A DNA stretch of 64,000 nucleotides from Nemertoderma westbladi. Lineage: Eukaryota > Animalia > Xenacoelomorpha. Location of the stretch: positions 53,736 to 117,735 of the forward strand of contig JAUCBJ010004787.1 of the NCBI GenBank assembly GCA_032718475.1, given 5' to 3'. The translations under genes were made by a program, and so were the position numbers. The notes beneath the pieces were generated by a model that had not been told where the DNA came from, ran no database searches, and was given only the letters and a program-made list of their open reading frames with translations. Positions 1 through 13,745 of the stretch are shown here, one piece after another (within the stretch, counting starts at the first letter, position 1; each line of letters opens with the position of its first letter).

Positions 1-129
1 TAGTGCGGAGTGCGAAGAGAGTGCGAATACAATTCAAGTGTGAGGGAGGAATAAGAGGCTGAGTGAGGGGCAGAGTGGTAGTGAGGAGAAGTAGAGGAGA
101 GTCAGAGTGAGAACAGTATAGAGTTAAAG

Positions 130-500
130 TGGCACAAGTGTTGGGGAAACAAAAATTGTATGAGAGGAGCACACGATCGGCCCGACATGGGACGCCAGGC
201 AAACCGGGTAGCGATATCATACCCATGGGGAGCGGCCTGGAAAGCCGGCTCCGAGAGAAAATAGTTCCACCCCACACCCGAGTGTGGGGGAGGAGAAGTG
301 AGAGGAAGAGTGTGGGACGAGGAGGTCCGGGAGTATGCGAGAGTTGGAGTAGAGTGGTGAGAGTGTTGGGGAAACAAAAATTGTATGAGAGAAGCGCACG
401 ATCGGCCCGACACGAGACGCCAGAGGGTAGTGACATCATACCCATAGGGAGCGGCCTGGAAAGCCGACTCCGAAAAAATATACCCACCCCACACCCGATG
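130..500 (+). repeat. Imperfect ~225-bp direct repeat in the 3' internal region of an LTR element
   Basis: gtgttggggaaacaaaaattgtatgagag...gagcggcctggaaagccg occurs at ~138 and ~363. Confidence 0.75.
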
Positions 501-580
501 CTAGATCGGGATCCAGCGGAATTGTAGCGCACTTTAAGGTGGATGCTATCTTCTCACCGGGAAGATAGCATGGGGGGGAG

Positions 581-1122
581 TGTTAGCTTATTCAATTCCG
601 CTAACACCCCACAAAGTCAACCGTTAAGCAATATTGGGGGCCACGAGATTGGGTAACCAATAACTCGTGTCACCCCAACAAAGTGGGAAGGAGAAACACA
701 CAATAAGGGTCAGGGGCCAAACCCCTAACAGAGGGAGAATAGCTGGAGTGAACGGGAACACTCCAAAGGGCGCCAACAGGGACATTAACCAATCAGGGGG
801 GAAGCATCGGCTAGGTACTGTAGCAAGGCCAAACCGTGCAATATATTATTAGGTACCAGCAATCAATTATTCAGTTATGTCAGTATGTTATTGGTGTTAG
901 TTAGGTTAGTTTAGCTAGGGAAGTACCGGGACTTCAATCACTGTATCCCGCCTTCCATATATCAACATCCAGTCTATACATTATAACATACTATTTATAT
1001 CTATCTATTATACCCGGAAATTATATACGACGAACAACGCAAACTCTTTTACCTTTCATACACGGCGGGGATGCGTAGATTGACAAACGGATAAATCGGG
1101 ATCCTTCGTGGATCCTGTCACA
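581..1122 (+). mobile_element. Probable 3' LTR of an upstream LTR retrotransposon (body outside window)
   Basis: Hairpin atgctatcttc..gaagatagcat, then a polypurine tract gggggggag (572-580) immediately followed by TGTTAG; candidate end ...TGTCACA at 1122. Confidence 0.5.
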
Positions 1123-1127
1123 GCCTT

Positions 1128-1407
1128 TGTTACGGTATATGGCGCTGTATCCACATTGTTAGCCGTTGTACTGTATACACAATATTAGTTATTATGCAGT
1201 ACACATTATTAGCCATTATACAGTATAATATATTGGTTCATTATACAGTACACAATATTAGTCCGTTATGCAGTATAATATTTTAGATAAGATATAATAG
1301 CGCAGTGACATTTAGATAAGGAAATTAAAACGCCCATATATTTTGATCTCATCCATTTTGTATAGTATGTAGCCCTACCTACGTAATTTTGTAATATGAT
1401 ATAAGTA
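1128..1407 (+). repeat. 5' LTR (part shared with the 3' copy; true right end not determined)
   Basis: Matches 14984-15288 with a few substitutions and one ~25-bp sub-repeat difference; TATA-like cctataaa at ~1717 suggests the LTR extends further. Confidence 0.85.
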
Positions 1408-4400
1408 GATAGTTCCAGGGTAGCAAGTTCAGTTGGACCCTGGATTTCGGGCTTGCTGTTATTAGTCTTGATGGGCTAGCCATCACGGGTTTGATTTCTT
1501 TATAATCGCGCTAAAATATCTTTTGTGCATCATGTTATAAGTGCCGCTAAATTAAGCATCGGCAAAATTACCTTATATGGTGACGTTTAGAGGGTTTGGA
1601 GAGCAATAGGGCTACAATCCGGCTTTCTTATTGGACTAACTGCTTCCAGGTTGGTCTAATGCTAGCGCGGATTGGAGAGCCAATGAGAGAGCGATTGCAT
1701 CACCCTTCTCGGATCACCTATAAATTGGCGGTTTGCCGGTAGAGCTTACTTCATTTTTACCTCATTAACGACACTCACTCAGACATATTTAGTACCATTA
1801 AGTTAGAAGTATAATTTGTGCGTATTTTCTGCATTTCTACCTTTTCGATTAATTTCTTGGAATGATTCGTTAGTGCTACTATTCTCAATTGTGTTTCTCA
1901 ATCAATCCTATCGATTACTGCTAATTACAACCGGAACTATGATTTCTACCCCTTTTGTTAATGGTTCTATGTAATTCATTTCGACGCAATAATCCTACGG
2001 GATTTTCTGAGACTGGCAGACTTGTGATTTGCATGCGCCGCTACGGTAGCTATTCATCTTGATGGAGGGCTAAGGTACCGGTAGGCGGTGGGCGCATCGG
2101 GGGGTTGAGCGACTAAGGGAGAGCGGAGGATTCAAAGGCGAGCAACGCTGGCGGGGGGCCACCGTTGCGGTCGGGCAACTTGCGTTATAGAGGGCAACTT
2201 GCGTTGCGGCTGGGGCAATTTGCGTTGTAGTGGGCAGACCATTTGCTGGTACGGCAATTAGGGGGGGCTGATGATCCAGATTTTGTCTCTATTTTGTAGT
2301 ATTAGGGGGGCAGGAATTGGGTTAGTTAGAAAGACTTAGATGTACTGGAGAGGCCTGCGTGCTTTACAATAGCGAATTGCATGGCAAATTATATAATTGC
2401 GGATTGTATAATTGCAAGTTGTACTATTGTGATCTGTGATTGCTGACGCTGATTGGTGTGTTATTGAAGTGTGCCTATGATTACGAATGCTTAGGTAGGC
2501 GCCCCTTTTCTCTTTGATTGATTTCTATTTCTTAGTTTACAATAAATGATTACTGATTAGGTCAAAGTAATACAGTAATTTAGTCTGTTACTAGTGAAAC
2601 CTGTTGTGTAATAAATTAGAATTACGCATTCTGGAACTCTTAGTAATTAGTACGCTGTTACATATTTGTGACTGTAATTAATTAGTGAAATTAAGAATTA
2701 GTACGCAGCATAGCGGAGAGTAGCTAAGGTAATAATTTAGAGTACCGTAAACTATTCACGCTGAGCGGTTATTTGAATTAGCGGGCAATAAGCTAGATCG
2801 CAGTATTCAATACACAACTCGCATTAGTAGATTGCTGGCCTAAAGCCAGCCGCAGGCAAATTTAGACCCGGAGTGGTATCGCCCACGAAAGACATTGTAC
2901 CGTACCATTATTTGATTATTTTAAATATTCTCGCATTCACACATTCCGTTAGGGAACCCCCAGTATTCGCGATTAGAAAAGACGTAGGCATTGGCATACT
3001 TCAATAGTAGTAAAATTAGGCGTAAGAATATACTCTGAGTGCAAAGCCTCTCGCACTCGTCTTAAGTAAGCTTAGGGAGCCGACTCGGGTTTATTGTTTT
3101 GGTTATTCCCGCGTGGCTCATAGATTCGAACAGTTAGCTCTCTGTCGAGCGATCGGTAGAGAAAGGAACAAGCGATTTTACAGGAGCCGTGTAAATTTAG
3201 TAAAATATATTAGCGGACGGCAGATTAGCGCCATCCAACAGTAAGTAGCGGTTTTGTATTTAGCAGCCCTACAATTTAGTAATAGCACGCTCCTGATTGC
3301 CTTTATTTAACAGTAGAGCAGTCTTGGTGCCTTATTGGTTAGGCGGGAACCTATTAGGTTGGCAGAGAAGTATACGGGTATTTGTCTGTTCAACAGTTCT
3401 GCTGTTAGTATAGGTGACGCGCTAGTTTAACAGTAAAGCACGCATTTATTGGCTGTTGCTTGCAGCAGTCAAGAGCAGAAGAGTGTATTCTTAGGCTGTT
3501 AGGTAGGATTACTGTATTCACTGGTCGCGTACAATAGTACAGTAGTACATTAGGCTGATTGCTGTTACTGCATACGGTAGAAGGGATATTTGTTTGCCAT
3601 ACCACACACAGTATCAATTAGGCTGTTAGGTTGGTGTACTGTTTTACTTACTGTACTGCATACAGTGGATGTACGGTAGTGCGTTTTTACTAATTGCGAA
3701 TACAGCAGTTCCTTAGGCCTTAGGGCGAATTGTAATTAGTAAGTTTTTGAAAATTTTAGCTAGGTTTGCGAGAATTCAGTTTCGGTCAAAATTATTTGTA
3801 AAATTCTAGAGTTTTGTACCGGTATATTAGGTAACCGCTTAGTTATTTTATACCATCTGGAGATACATGGCAAGACGGAACTTCTGAGTTTGGGGTTCGT
3901 GTGGGTCTGCGGGTTCGGTTTGCAATCAGTGAAGGGACTGAAACTTTGGACGCGGACGTGGAATCTCACAGCAAACAAGGTTGGTTGTTCTGTTGGCACC
4001 ATTGTGTTTGTGGAAGCAGTAAAAAATTATCGGTTGTTTAACTGCGAAGCTGAACTCAATTTATTAGTTAGGTTATTTAGGTTTAGCCGGCCATGGTTTT
4101 TTGAATCGCTCAAGTTAGAGAGAGAGTTAGAGAGAGTCGCAACCAGAAGATGTAGCCACGCGCTAGTGGATACATATAATATTTGAAATTAAAATTATGT
4201 TGATTAGAGCTATATATGCAAAATTGGAATTATTTGGGTGGCAAATTCATTCTGAATATTTTGTATTAGATTCAGAAATTATTTTGTGTCATACCGGTAT
4301 TTAATTGCTATATAATAGCTATATAATAATATTTTGTTTAAATATTGTGCTAGTATTTGCTATAACTATACCCTATTAAATTCACAATATTGCATTGCGA

Positions 4401-4524
4401 ATTTATTTGACATTTTGGACCAACTGATTATTAGACAAATAATTTGACCGTATTTTCGGTTAAATTATAATTATATCTCGAAATTTTGCGAGATTTTTGC
4501 CGGAAGGCAAACATTATTTAGACT

Positions 4525-7500
4525 ATGAGTGTCTCAGACAAGGAGGCACTAGAGGACAGCTATGAGACGGCGGCTGGACCGCCGACTGACGATAGCGTCA
4601 ATATTACGGTTGACGACAATGCCGACTATGACGACGCAGCGAGCGATGCTGACGTAAGTGAACAGGAGGACGAGACAGTGACTAGTGAGGAAGAACAACA
4701 ACCTCAAGTAATAGTATTAGGATCCCCTACCGCTACTGTAAGGCAGGACCGCACAGCAGCCCGGACAGAGGTGAGTGATAGGGAGGGTAGTGTAGCAGAA
4801 GCGAGAGCCCGGAGCCCGGTTTCCAGACCTGTGGGTATGGTAAGTGCCGTGGTCCCAGCGGCTGTAAGGAGTACCCGTAGTTCCCGAAATAATCCTTCAA
4901 GTCCACCAAGTGTGAGTCAGGTAAGCGAGAGAGAACTTGACATCGCGATAAAGAAGAAACTTCGCGCGCACGCCGGACATATAACTCGGACGACGGACAA
5001 GGTAAGGAAGATGTTAGCCGACTCAGCGAACATCGGAAGGGAAGGGTTAGTAGAGATTAGAAGGGGATATAACTCAGCGTTATTTAAGCAGACGGAGGAG
5101 CTTGCAGTCCTAGCGAAGAGAGCAGTGGAGTCTCAGTCGAGCGACGTGGCGACGAGGGTTTATGATAGGGTTTTAGCAGCCTTGTTAGAGCACCGCGAGT
5201 TATCGGAGCGATTCCGACGAGTTAGGACGGAGAACTGGCTGCTATGGGCATCACAAGCGCAGGCGACTCAGGTGAGTGACGCAGAGTTGAGAGACTTAGT
5301 GGAGCGCGAAGAGATCCAAGATAAGGAAGAGCGCCGGTATCAGAGGGAAGTTACTAGCTGGCTGATGCAGAGTGGAGTGGTGGTACCGGGCCAGGTGCTA
5401 CCGACGACGGAGAACATCCAACAGAGAATGTTAACTCCACCCGACGATGCATCTAGAGACAGTGGCGATTCCCAGGTTAGTCACGCGCGAGGGAAAGTTA
5501 TATGTGCTAGATCCCTTGTTTCTCACAACTCGGCAGAAGAGAGAAGACGCCGACTAGACGAACAGCAGGCGGAAGTTTTGCGTGCATCGGAAGCACGGAA
5601 GGAGGCTGAGCGGGAACGGGAGCGCACACGTAAGTTGGACGCGGAGTTACGAGAGTTGGAAGAGATAAGTAAGCGCGAGCGGACGGAACGCGAACAGAGA
5701 GAACGCGAACTCCAAGCCGAGCGCGAGCGCAAGGAACTCGAACTCGAACAGAGAGAACGCGAACTTCAACTCGAACGCGAACAGAGAGAACGCGAACTCC
5801 AAGCCGAACGCGAATGCAAGGAACTCGAACGTGAACAGAAGGAACGCGAGCTTCAACTCGAACGCGAACGTAAGGAACGCGAACTCGAGATCGAGAAAAG
5901 AAGACGCGCATTGTATGAAGAAAAGGAGCGAGTGGAAGAAGAGAGCGCAGCGAGACGAGCGAGGGAAGAAGAACAACGTAAACTGGCGCAGTTGGAAAGT
6001 GCGAGATTAAATTAAAAGAGCGAAGAACGGACCAGGAAGGCGAATGAAATCGCCGAGAAGGGGATGCGAATGATCGAAGAATGTGGGGCGAGTGTAGGTA
6101 CCGAGTTGCGAGAACTGTTCGCACTGCAGAAGGCCGAACAGGAAGCGAGAACTCCGACTATACGCGAGTCTACGACGACCAGAATTCCTATACCCGGTCC
6201 AGCTATTACGAGTACACGGATCGCTAAACCGTTCTCTACATATCGCACACCAGTTGGTATTAGTGCTTCACCTATCGCGCAGAATCCACGGCATCAGAAC
6301 ACCGCACCACTACATACCGAACGCGAGAACGACGAAGAGTTTAGAGAAACTCCGACGGGCCGAGTATTTGGCGAACCGAACCCGCGGGTTTGGAATACGC
6401 GGACGGAGCGCCGACCCAGTTCGACGGAGAACTTCCGGGTTAAACCGGAAGAGGGATCATATGAGAGACAGCGGATTACTCAGATAGAGCCGACTATACA
6501 ACAGAACCCTAGCCAGGAATTTATTACGAGGGATGAGTTAAGTGCTAGTTTAGCGCAAGCTATATCGCCACACATCCAACCTATAACGGACATGCTTAGC
6601 AACCTACGGTTAAAGGAAGCAGCCCAGGTAAGAAGTAATTCTAATCCTAGCAGGCCTGAGTTAGATAAAGTCCAACCTAGTCAACGAGTACGTATATCGG
6701 AGGAAACTATACCACATAGACCTCAGGTAAGGACGCCTGTCCCGAATATCCATAATCCCAATTTCGAAAATTCGGCAGAGAAATTTATTCAGGAGGCTTG
6801 GGTCAGGGCCTCAGCACGCAAACCAACACGAGCGCTAAGGACTGACACCGAGTCAAGCGATGAAGAGGAAGACATGAGACGTCAGAAGTCCCGAAACTAT
6901 AAGGAAAGAAGGACGGACGCGGAGCAGGTAAGTTCAAATCCCCGGGAAAGGAACAGACTTAACAACCCTGCAGAACTAAACCATTTGTTAACCCGGAACG
7001 ACGCAACCCTTAGGGACATAGGTAAGTTTGCTGCTAGGCAAGGACTGCCGACGCAACAACCCCAGAAGTTTATGGGTAACCACAAGCACTGGAGGACGTT
7101 CAAAACCTATGTCGACAAGCAGCTAACAGCACCTTTACTCCCAATGAGAAGTTCAACTATTTGCTTCAGATGCTCCATCGAGAACCTAGAGTCATTGCTG
7201 ATAACTTCGTCGGCAATGAAAGAGCATTCGAGTTAGCAATGAAGACGCTTAGTGACATCTACGGGAATAAAACCAAGATGGCACAGTCGATAGTAGAAGA
7301 CTTGGGTAAGGGCGGAAGGAATACAACTCCGTTAGAGCTGTTGAACTTAGAGAACGCTATTTCGAACGCATTGGACATCTTGAGGACGGTGAATCTACCT
7401 CATCATGGTGATCACGCCAAAGATTTAAAGAGCGTAATAAGACGTTTAAACATGCGTTACCGCGACAGAAATGGCGCAAATTAGAGAATAAGTTGGAAGG

Positions 7501-8000
7501 CCAAGGTAAAGTATTGACACTTCAGCATATTCATGACATGATAGCCACAGACGCAGTAGCAGAGATGAAATCAAACTTCTCAGAAGAGAATATGAGAGAG
7601 TCTAAACCTGTTACCGGTAAGTTTTGACGATGACAGGACCTCTGTGACATTTAACTCAGTAGACAGATATAATTCGAGTACCCCAGCCTTTAGATCAGAC
7701 TCGCGAGTATGTTCAGGTGAGCGGTTAGATAGACCTAGGTTAAAGCAACAGGAGTTGCCGGATGGATTTGTAGGTTGCCAATACTGTTTACTAAAGGAGG
7801 TAAGATCTGACGACCATAAGTTAGATAGTTGCAGATGGTTCAAAGAATTAAATTCGGAACAGAGAAGAGTTCAAGTGCGGACGTTGGACACCTGTTGGGC
7901 ATGTCTTGCGCCAGGTCATGTACGGCGGCAGTGCCCGAACAGCAAGGACGGATGCATGGAATGCGGCAGACTACATCACAAGTTGCTACATGCGGATTTC
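4525..8000 (+). pseudogene. gag: BEL/Pao gag, disrupted
   Basis: ORFs 4525-6015 and 6064-7236 are in the same frame, separated by one TAA; E/R-rich coiled-coil; frameshifts near 7140 and 7470; BEL triple zinc knuckle CQYC..HKLDSC, CWACLAPGHVRRQC, CMECGRLHHKLLH. Confidence 0.85.
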
Positions 8001-11000
8001 CATACCCCAACGGACTGTTACATACAGCGAAATCCTCACAGGAAGGGGAGCAAAGAACCCGTATCGATAAGGAGAAATACGTTCACCGGCATTCAGGACG
8101 ATGGTTACCAACCAGGTTCGTCGGATGAGGATGGCGAGTCGAGCGCGAGAGAAGTGACCTGCCAAGGTTTCACCGCGGATAGTTCATCGACCAGCGCGCG
8201 GACGTATCTATCATCGGCCACGTCGGAAATATTCAGCGTGATTCCGGTGAAACTTACCGGTGATAAGGGATCGAAACGAATATATGTGATGTTGGACACT
8301 GCGTCCACATTATCTTATATCGACGAGGAAGTGGCGAGAGCCGTTTCTAGCTTCCAGGACGCCGAGGAGATCCAAATAGAGTTGAAGTCTATGCACTGGG
8401 TAGGAGACCTCAACGGACACAGAATTTCGGTGGAACTAGACTCCCTACTTTCGAGAGACCAACATACTCGACAAGAACGGAAAGCTTTGCCATTGGACGG
8501 ATTTAAGTGTCTAGCTATGAAGGGATTCGGCAGGCAGTTAGGTAAGGTGCCGCCGATGAGTCCCATAGCACAGGAGTATTTTGACAAGCTCAGAATACCC
8601 AGACATCAGGTAGGTTATAGGAATGTTTCTATGTTGATTGGTGCAGAACAGCTGATCGCACACCAAATATGGGAAACGAGACCAGCTGAGCCGCATGTCA
8701 ATGGACCACATGCCCATAGGACCATATTAGGTTGGTATACAAGAGTACCCATGTCTTATGAGTTTACAGGTGGCGACAAGCCAATAGACAGATGCGACGA
8801 ATTACAGCCTATAACTCAACCAACGTTAGTAAAACCACCAGACATAGACGAGTTTAGGAGAACCTGTATTGACCACTATAGTGACTTTAGCGAGTCGGAC
8901 GAGGAGTTGATTCCCGATAATGTTAGGTTGTCGGAACCACTCCACAATGACCGGACAGATAGTGAACCCGAGGACTACTGTTATCAGACCTGTGGGTCTG
9001 GTTCAGCGGCTCACGCTACTTATCTGAGTAACGTTTTGATTTATACCGACATAGTGGAGGGTCAGGTGGCTAAATATCGAGACCTAGATGTAAAAGCTTT
9101 TGCGTATATAATCAGTTCCCCTCGCCCGCAAGGTACTGTTATAGGTGTTTTAACGGACATAAAAGTCATTCTTCTGTATGTGTGCTTTGGCGGACATGGT
9201 AAGGCAAAAAACCCGCAATGCGTCAAATACCCTGGCACAGCTTAGCCTTGATGATTCAGATTACGACATCTAACAGCTGGTTGCTGACATGGAAACGGCC
9301 ATTGGACACATGGTTCTTTGTTTAGCTTAACAGCCAATCAGAGCGATTTTTTCTGTCGATGTGGAGATATTTGGCAGATCATGCTAGGAGTGTTCAGTCT
9401 TACTGTTTTTTGTGATACTGTTGTGTTGTTTCTATCTAGGCCAGGAACACCGGCTCTAGAGTCAATTCGTTTCAGACTTTAGAAGAAACATTAGTAGGCT
9501 TAGATTATAGAGCGTATAACTGTTATCATAACAACTCGGCCCACTTATCGGCACAGTCCAGTCTTAACGGCACATACATTGTCATATCATATCTTAACTT
9601 ACCGTCTTAATGCTTTTTACTGTTGTTATTATTTTGTATCAGTTGGTTGAATATTATTTGGAGAATATCTATAAAGAACCCAAATTTCCCAATTTTCTTG
9701 ATACACTACAGGTTAGAGAGACAGGTTACATATAGCGATTGCGACTTATATTATTGTGGTTTGTAGTGAGTTCAATGCTATTTGATAAGCACTACATGAG
9801 TCAATTGCTGTTCTCTTTATATATGATAAAATTCATTGACGGTCGGCAGATTAGTGTGCAGTATTGTGTGGTACCGGTAGTGTGCATGATTGTGGCTGAT
9901 AACTAAGCATTTCCTAAAGAATGCGCCTCATACGTGAATCATAAGCCTTACCGACTTACCGTTGTGATTAGTATAAGTCATATCTCTGTTTACCTAGATA
10001 GAGCGCCACGTCCTAAAGGAACTGTTAATATTTCCCGAAAGTGAATAATATTAGTCAGAAATTATTTATTAACGATCAATCGAATAATACAGTAAGCTTA
10101 CACTGCAATAACAATCTAAGCCCTCCGAATCCAGTCTCCCGGGTATATCCAGCGGGTGAATGGACGCGCACTAGGCTGGCTTCGGCTAATGTTGTGTTTA
10201 TTGGTATTAAATACTTGTCATTTTCTAAAGTCTATTTATAAACCAAAAGACATATAAATTTTGGCAGGTTAAACTGCTAAAGGTCTTCAAAAGCGCGTAC
10301 ATAGACATTTTCCAATACAGCGAGGAGGAGCTACAGAAGGAATTGATACACCAGGACCTCGAGACAGGAGCCAGAACCGTCGAATGGCTGGATAGGGACG
10401 CAATGGAACCCGGTGGATATGACCTAGCCATGTCTACTGACGAGAAACGGTCGCTGGAGATGATGGAAGATACCATACGTCTGCTACCGACTGGACATTT
10501 TGAAGTTGGAATGTTGTGGCGTCGACAACCACCTAAGTTGGAGAACAACTACAACTTAGCCTTGAAAAGATTAAACGGAGTAAGGGCTCGGTTGTTAAGG
10601 AATCCAGACATTAGGGAGAAGTATTGCGCCCAGATCAACAACTATTTTGCCAAGGGATTTGCTGGGAAGGTAGAGGACCCTGACTTAGTGACAGACCAGA
10701 CTTATTACCTCCCACACCACTATGTGACTCACCCTGACAAACCTGACAAAGTCCGAGTAGTCAACGACTGCGCAGCAGTCTATAGAGGTATGTCCCTGAA
10801 TTCAGAGTTGATGGATGGTCCCAACCTGAACAATTATTTGATTGGAATACTGTTACGTTTTAGACAGCGGCGATTCGCATTTACTTGTGACATCGAGGCG
10901 ATGTTCCACCAGGTAAGAGCCTGTAAGGCAGACCAGGATAGCCTTCGCTTTCTCTGGTATGAGAATGAAGACTTATCCGGCCCAGTGGTTACATACCAGA

Positions 11001-13745
11001 TGTACGTTAGGATATTTGGCGCCCGCGATAGTCCAAACGGCACGCTGTTTGTTCTAAAGAAAACGGCAACAGCCCAGATTGGTAAGTACCCAGTAGAAGT
11101 AATCGAGTCCATCTTGAGAAACTTCTACATGGACGACGGATTGGTGTCCAAGGACACGGCGGAACAAGCCATAGAAGTGGCTCACGGCCTACAGGAGTGC
11201 TTGGCTACAGGGGGATTTCCTCTGACCAAGTTCACTATGAACTCGGAGGCCCTATTAGAGTCGTTCCCGGTAAAAGATCGCGGGAGCGGAGACATTGAAT
11301 TGGGGGTAGAACCAATCCCCATGGCGCGAGTACTGGGACTCGCTTGGAATCCGAACACGGATAAATTCCAGGTAAGAGTTAGATTTGAGCCCAGTAGCCC
11401 AGACAAAGTTTTGACTAAGAGAATTTGCTTATCGACATTAAGTAGACTATTTGACCCGATGAACTTTATCAGTCCGTTAATATTACAGGCACGAGCGTGC
11501 ATGAGGAAAATTTGGTTGTCCGACTTAGAGTGGGACGAACCAATATCTCCTATACATGCGAAGCAGTGGAGAGAGTGGGAGGCCGAGTTGCATCTATTGA
11601 AAAATATAGATGTACCCCGTTCCTACTTTCCGAATCAGCTGGTATTCCCAGCTGATCTCGAACTGCACCTATTTAGTGACGCAAGTGACACCGGCTTTGG
11701 TATGGTAGCCTACCTTCGCCGAGAGGTGAGTCAGGATAAATTTGAGACGGCCTTTGTGACTTCTAGATCAAAGACAATGCCGGTCAGATACATGACTGTC
11801 CCTCGTGCAGAGTTACAGGCGGCTGTAGTTTCAGTCGAGGTAAGTAAGCAGATAACAGAGGAGTTAGACACGACATTGACCTTATTTTATTGGACGGACG
11901 CATCCTTGGTGTTAGTATACATTGCGGCCGACAATATTGCACTAAAGACATTTGTGGCCAATAGACGCGCTCAGATAGTCGACTTTTCGACGAAGGAACA
12001 ATGGAGACATTGTCCGGGAGTGTTAAACCCGGCCGACATAACTTCGAGAGGTGCAATGCCGGCGGAATTCTGTCAGGAAGAGTCGCAGGAGTTTTGGTTG
12101 CATGGACCTGATTTTCTAACGAGGACACAGGAACATTGGCCAGAGCGACTAAAGATAGTGACCAATCCGATGCCTGAAGATGCAGAAGTCAAGGTGGAGA
12201 AAGTCTCTAAGTCAAAGTCTAAAGCCAAACTTAAGTCATTGGAGCGGCCTGAAGAGTCATTGGAGCGGCCTGAAGAGTCATTGGAGCGGCCCGGAGACCT
12301 GTCAGACCTACAGACTTACGTGACTACTAGGTCAGGAAGGGTAAGTTATGACAAAACCACCCTTACAGACTAAACCGGAGTCACAATTGGTAAGAGACGG
12401 ACAGAAAATGACCGACAAAATGGAGCCTTTGGTTTCCAAACCTGCGGGTTTGGATTCGAAACTTCCATTAGATAGCGGACAACCGTCGCTGGCATTAGAG
12501 CCATGTAGTGTTTATGATAAATTACTAAATTCGTCTGCCTCTTGGCTGACAATTTGTAAAAGAACTGCGTGGTTAAGCCGATACATTTCGTACCTTTGTA
12601 TAAAACATTCGGAACATTTAGGAGAACGAATGAGCGCTAATAGTGCGCGAATTCAGAAATTGAAACAACCTCTGACAGAGGATGAGATTGATCAAGCGGA
12701 ATTAAAGCATTTGAAGGACTATCAAATGTGTGCCTTCCCAAAATAATTCCATCTATTATCGGCTCAACGACCAGTTCTCTATAAACCCCTTAGAAAATGG
12801 AGTCCATTAATCCATAAGGGTTTAATTTGTCATAGATCGAGAATCCAGACTGTCGACATAAACTCACAGTTTCGGTTCCCAGTGATAATCCCTAGTCACC
12901 CAATAGAATTGCAAAGAGCGATTCTATGGGATATACACAAGAGGTTGCATCACGCGGGAAAGTTACACTGTTTGTCAGCAGCGAGACAGCGATTCATTCT
13001 ATTGCAGCCAAGCAGTGCAGTTGGCACTATGTATGACGCCTGTCTGGTTTGCAAGAGGGTGAACACCAGAGTATTGGAACAGGAGATGACTGAACTCCCG
13101 GAAGCGAGAGTGCAGGCATATGACCCACCCTTTACGAATACAGGGGTGGATTGTTTTGGTCCGATTGAGGCAAAGAGTGGACGGCTGACCCACAAGAGAT
13201 GGGGCCTGCTACTGACATGCATGGCTAGTAGAGCCATACATATTGAGCGTGTGGCAGACATGTCGACCAAATCTCTGCTCCTGGCCTTAAAGAGATTTAT
13301 GGCCAGGAGAGGACTAGTAAAGGCGTTCTACTCTGACAAGGGTACAAACTTTGTCGGGGGGAACAGCGAGTTGAACGCGGCTCATAAAGCGGCACAGAAT
13401 AAGGAAATTTCTGCAGCACTTTTGCCGCAAAGAGTAGAGTGGAGATTCAATACTCCAGAAAGTCCTTGGAGAGGAGGAAGTTGGGAGCGTTTAGTTCGCT
13501 CTGTAAAACAGGCCATTGCCAAAACATTGCCTGTAAACAAACAGCTTACCGACGACGAGCTGGTCACAGCTTTCATCGAAATCGAGCATACACTAAACTC
13601 GAGGCTGATAGCTATGTTGCCAGACGGTGTTGCATTAACGCCGAATCATTTGCTAATGCAGAGTCCAGCGTTTCTTGTGCCGGCATCAGAACCCGTTAGT
13701 GCCGACCTATATAGAGGAGACTCGTTTGGGGTCATTGACCTCTGA
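8001..13745 (+). pseudogene. pol: BEL/Pao pol (protease, RT, RNase H/peptidase A17, integrase), disrupted
   Basis: MLDTAS protease; YYLPHH, KVRVVNDCAA, DIEAMFHQV, FYMDD RT; LFSDASDTGFG, NPADITSRG; integrase HHAG..CLVC, GVDCFGP, YSDKGTNF, GGSWERLVRSVK; stops/frameshifts near 12371 and 12744. Confidence 0.92.
9089..10301. mobile_element. 1213-bp non-coding insertion with TGT...ACA ends (solo LTR or Ginger-like non-autonomous element)
   Basis: TAGA duplicated at 9085-9088 and 10302-10305; imperfect terminal IR TGTAAAAGCTTTTG / CAAAAGCGCGTACA; excision restores the pol frame (KYRDL-D-IFQYSEEELQKELIHQD). Confidence 0.85.

Noticed and set aside
6013-6015. Programmed stop-codon readthrough in gag
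   Set aside because: The element has several other stops and frameshifts; a simple nonsense mutation is more parsimonious
5507-6124. Antisense ORFs over gag/pol and over the RTE (e.g. 62510-63070)
   Set aside because: Shadow frames of repetitive or coding sequence on the opposite strand
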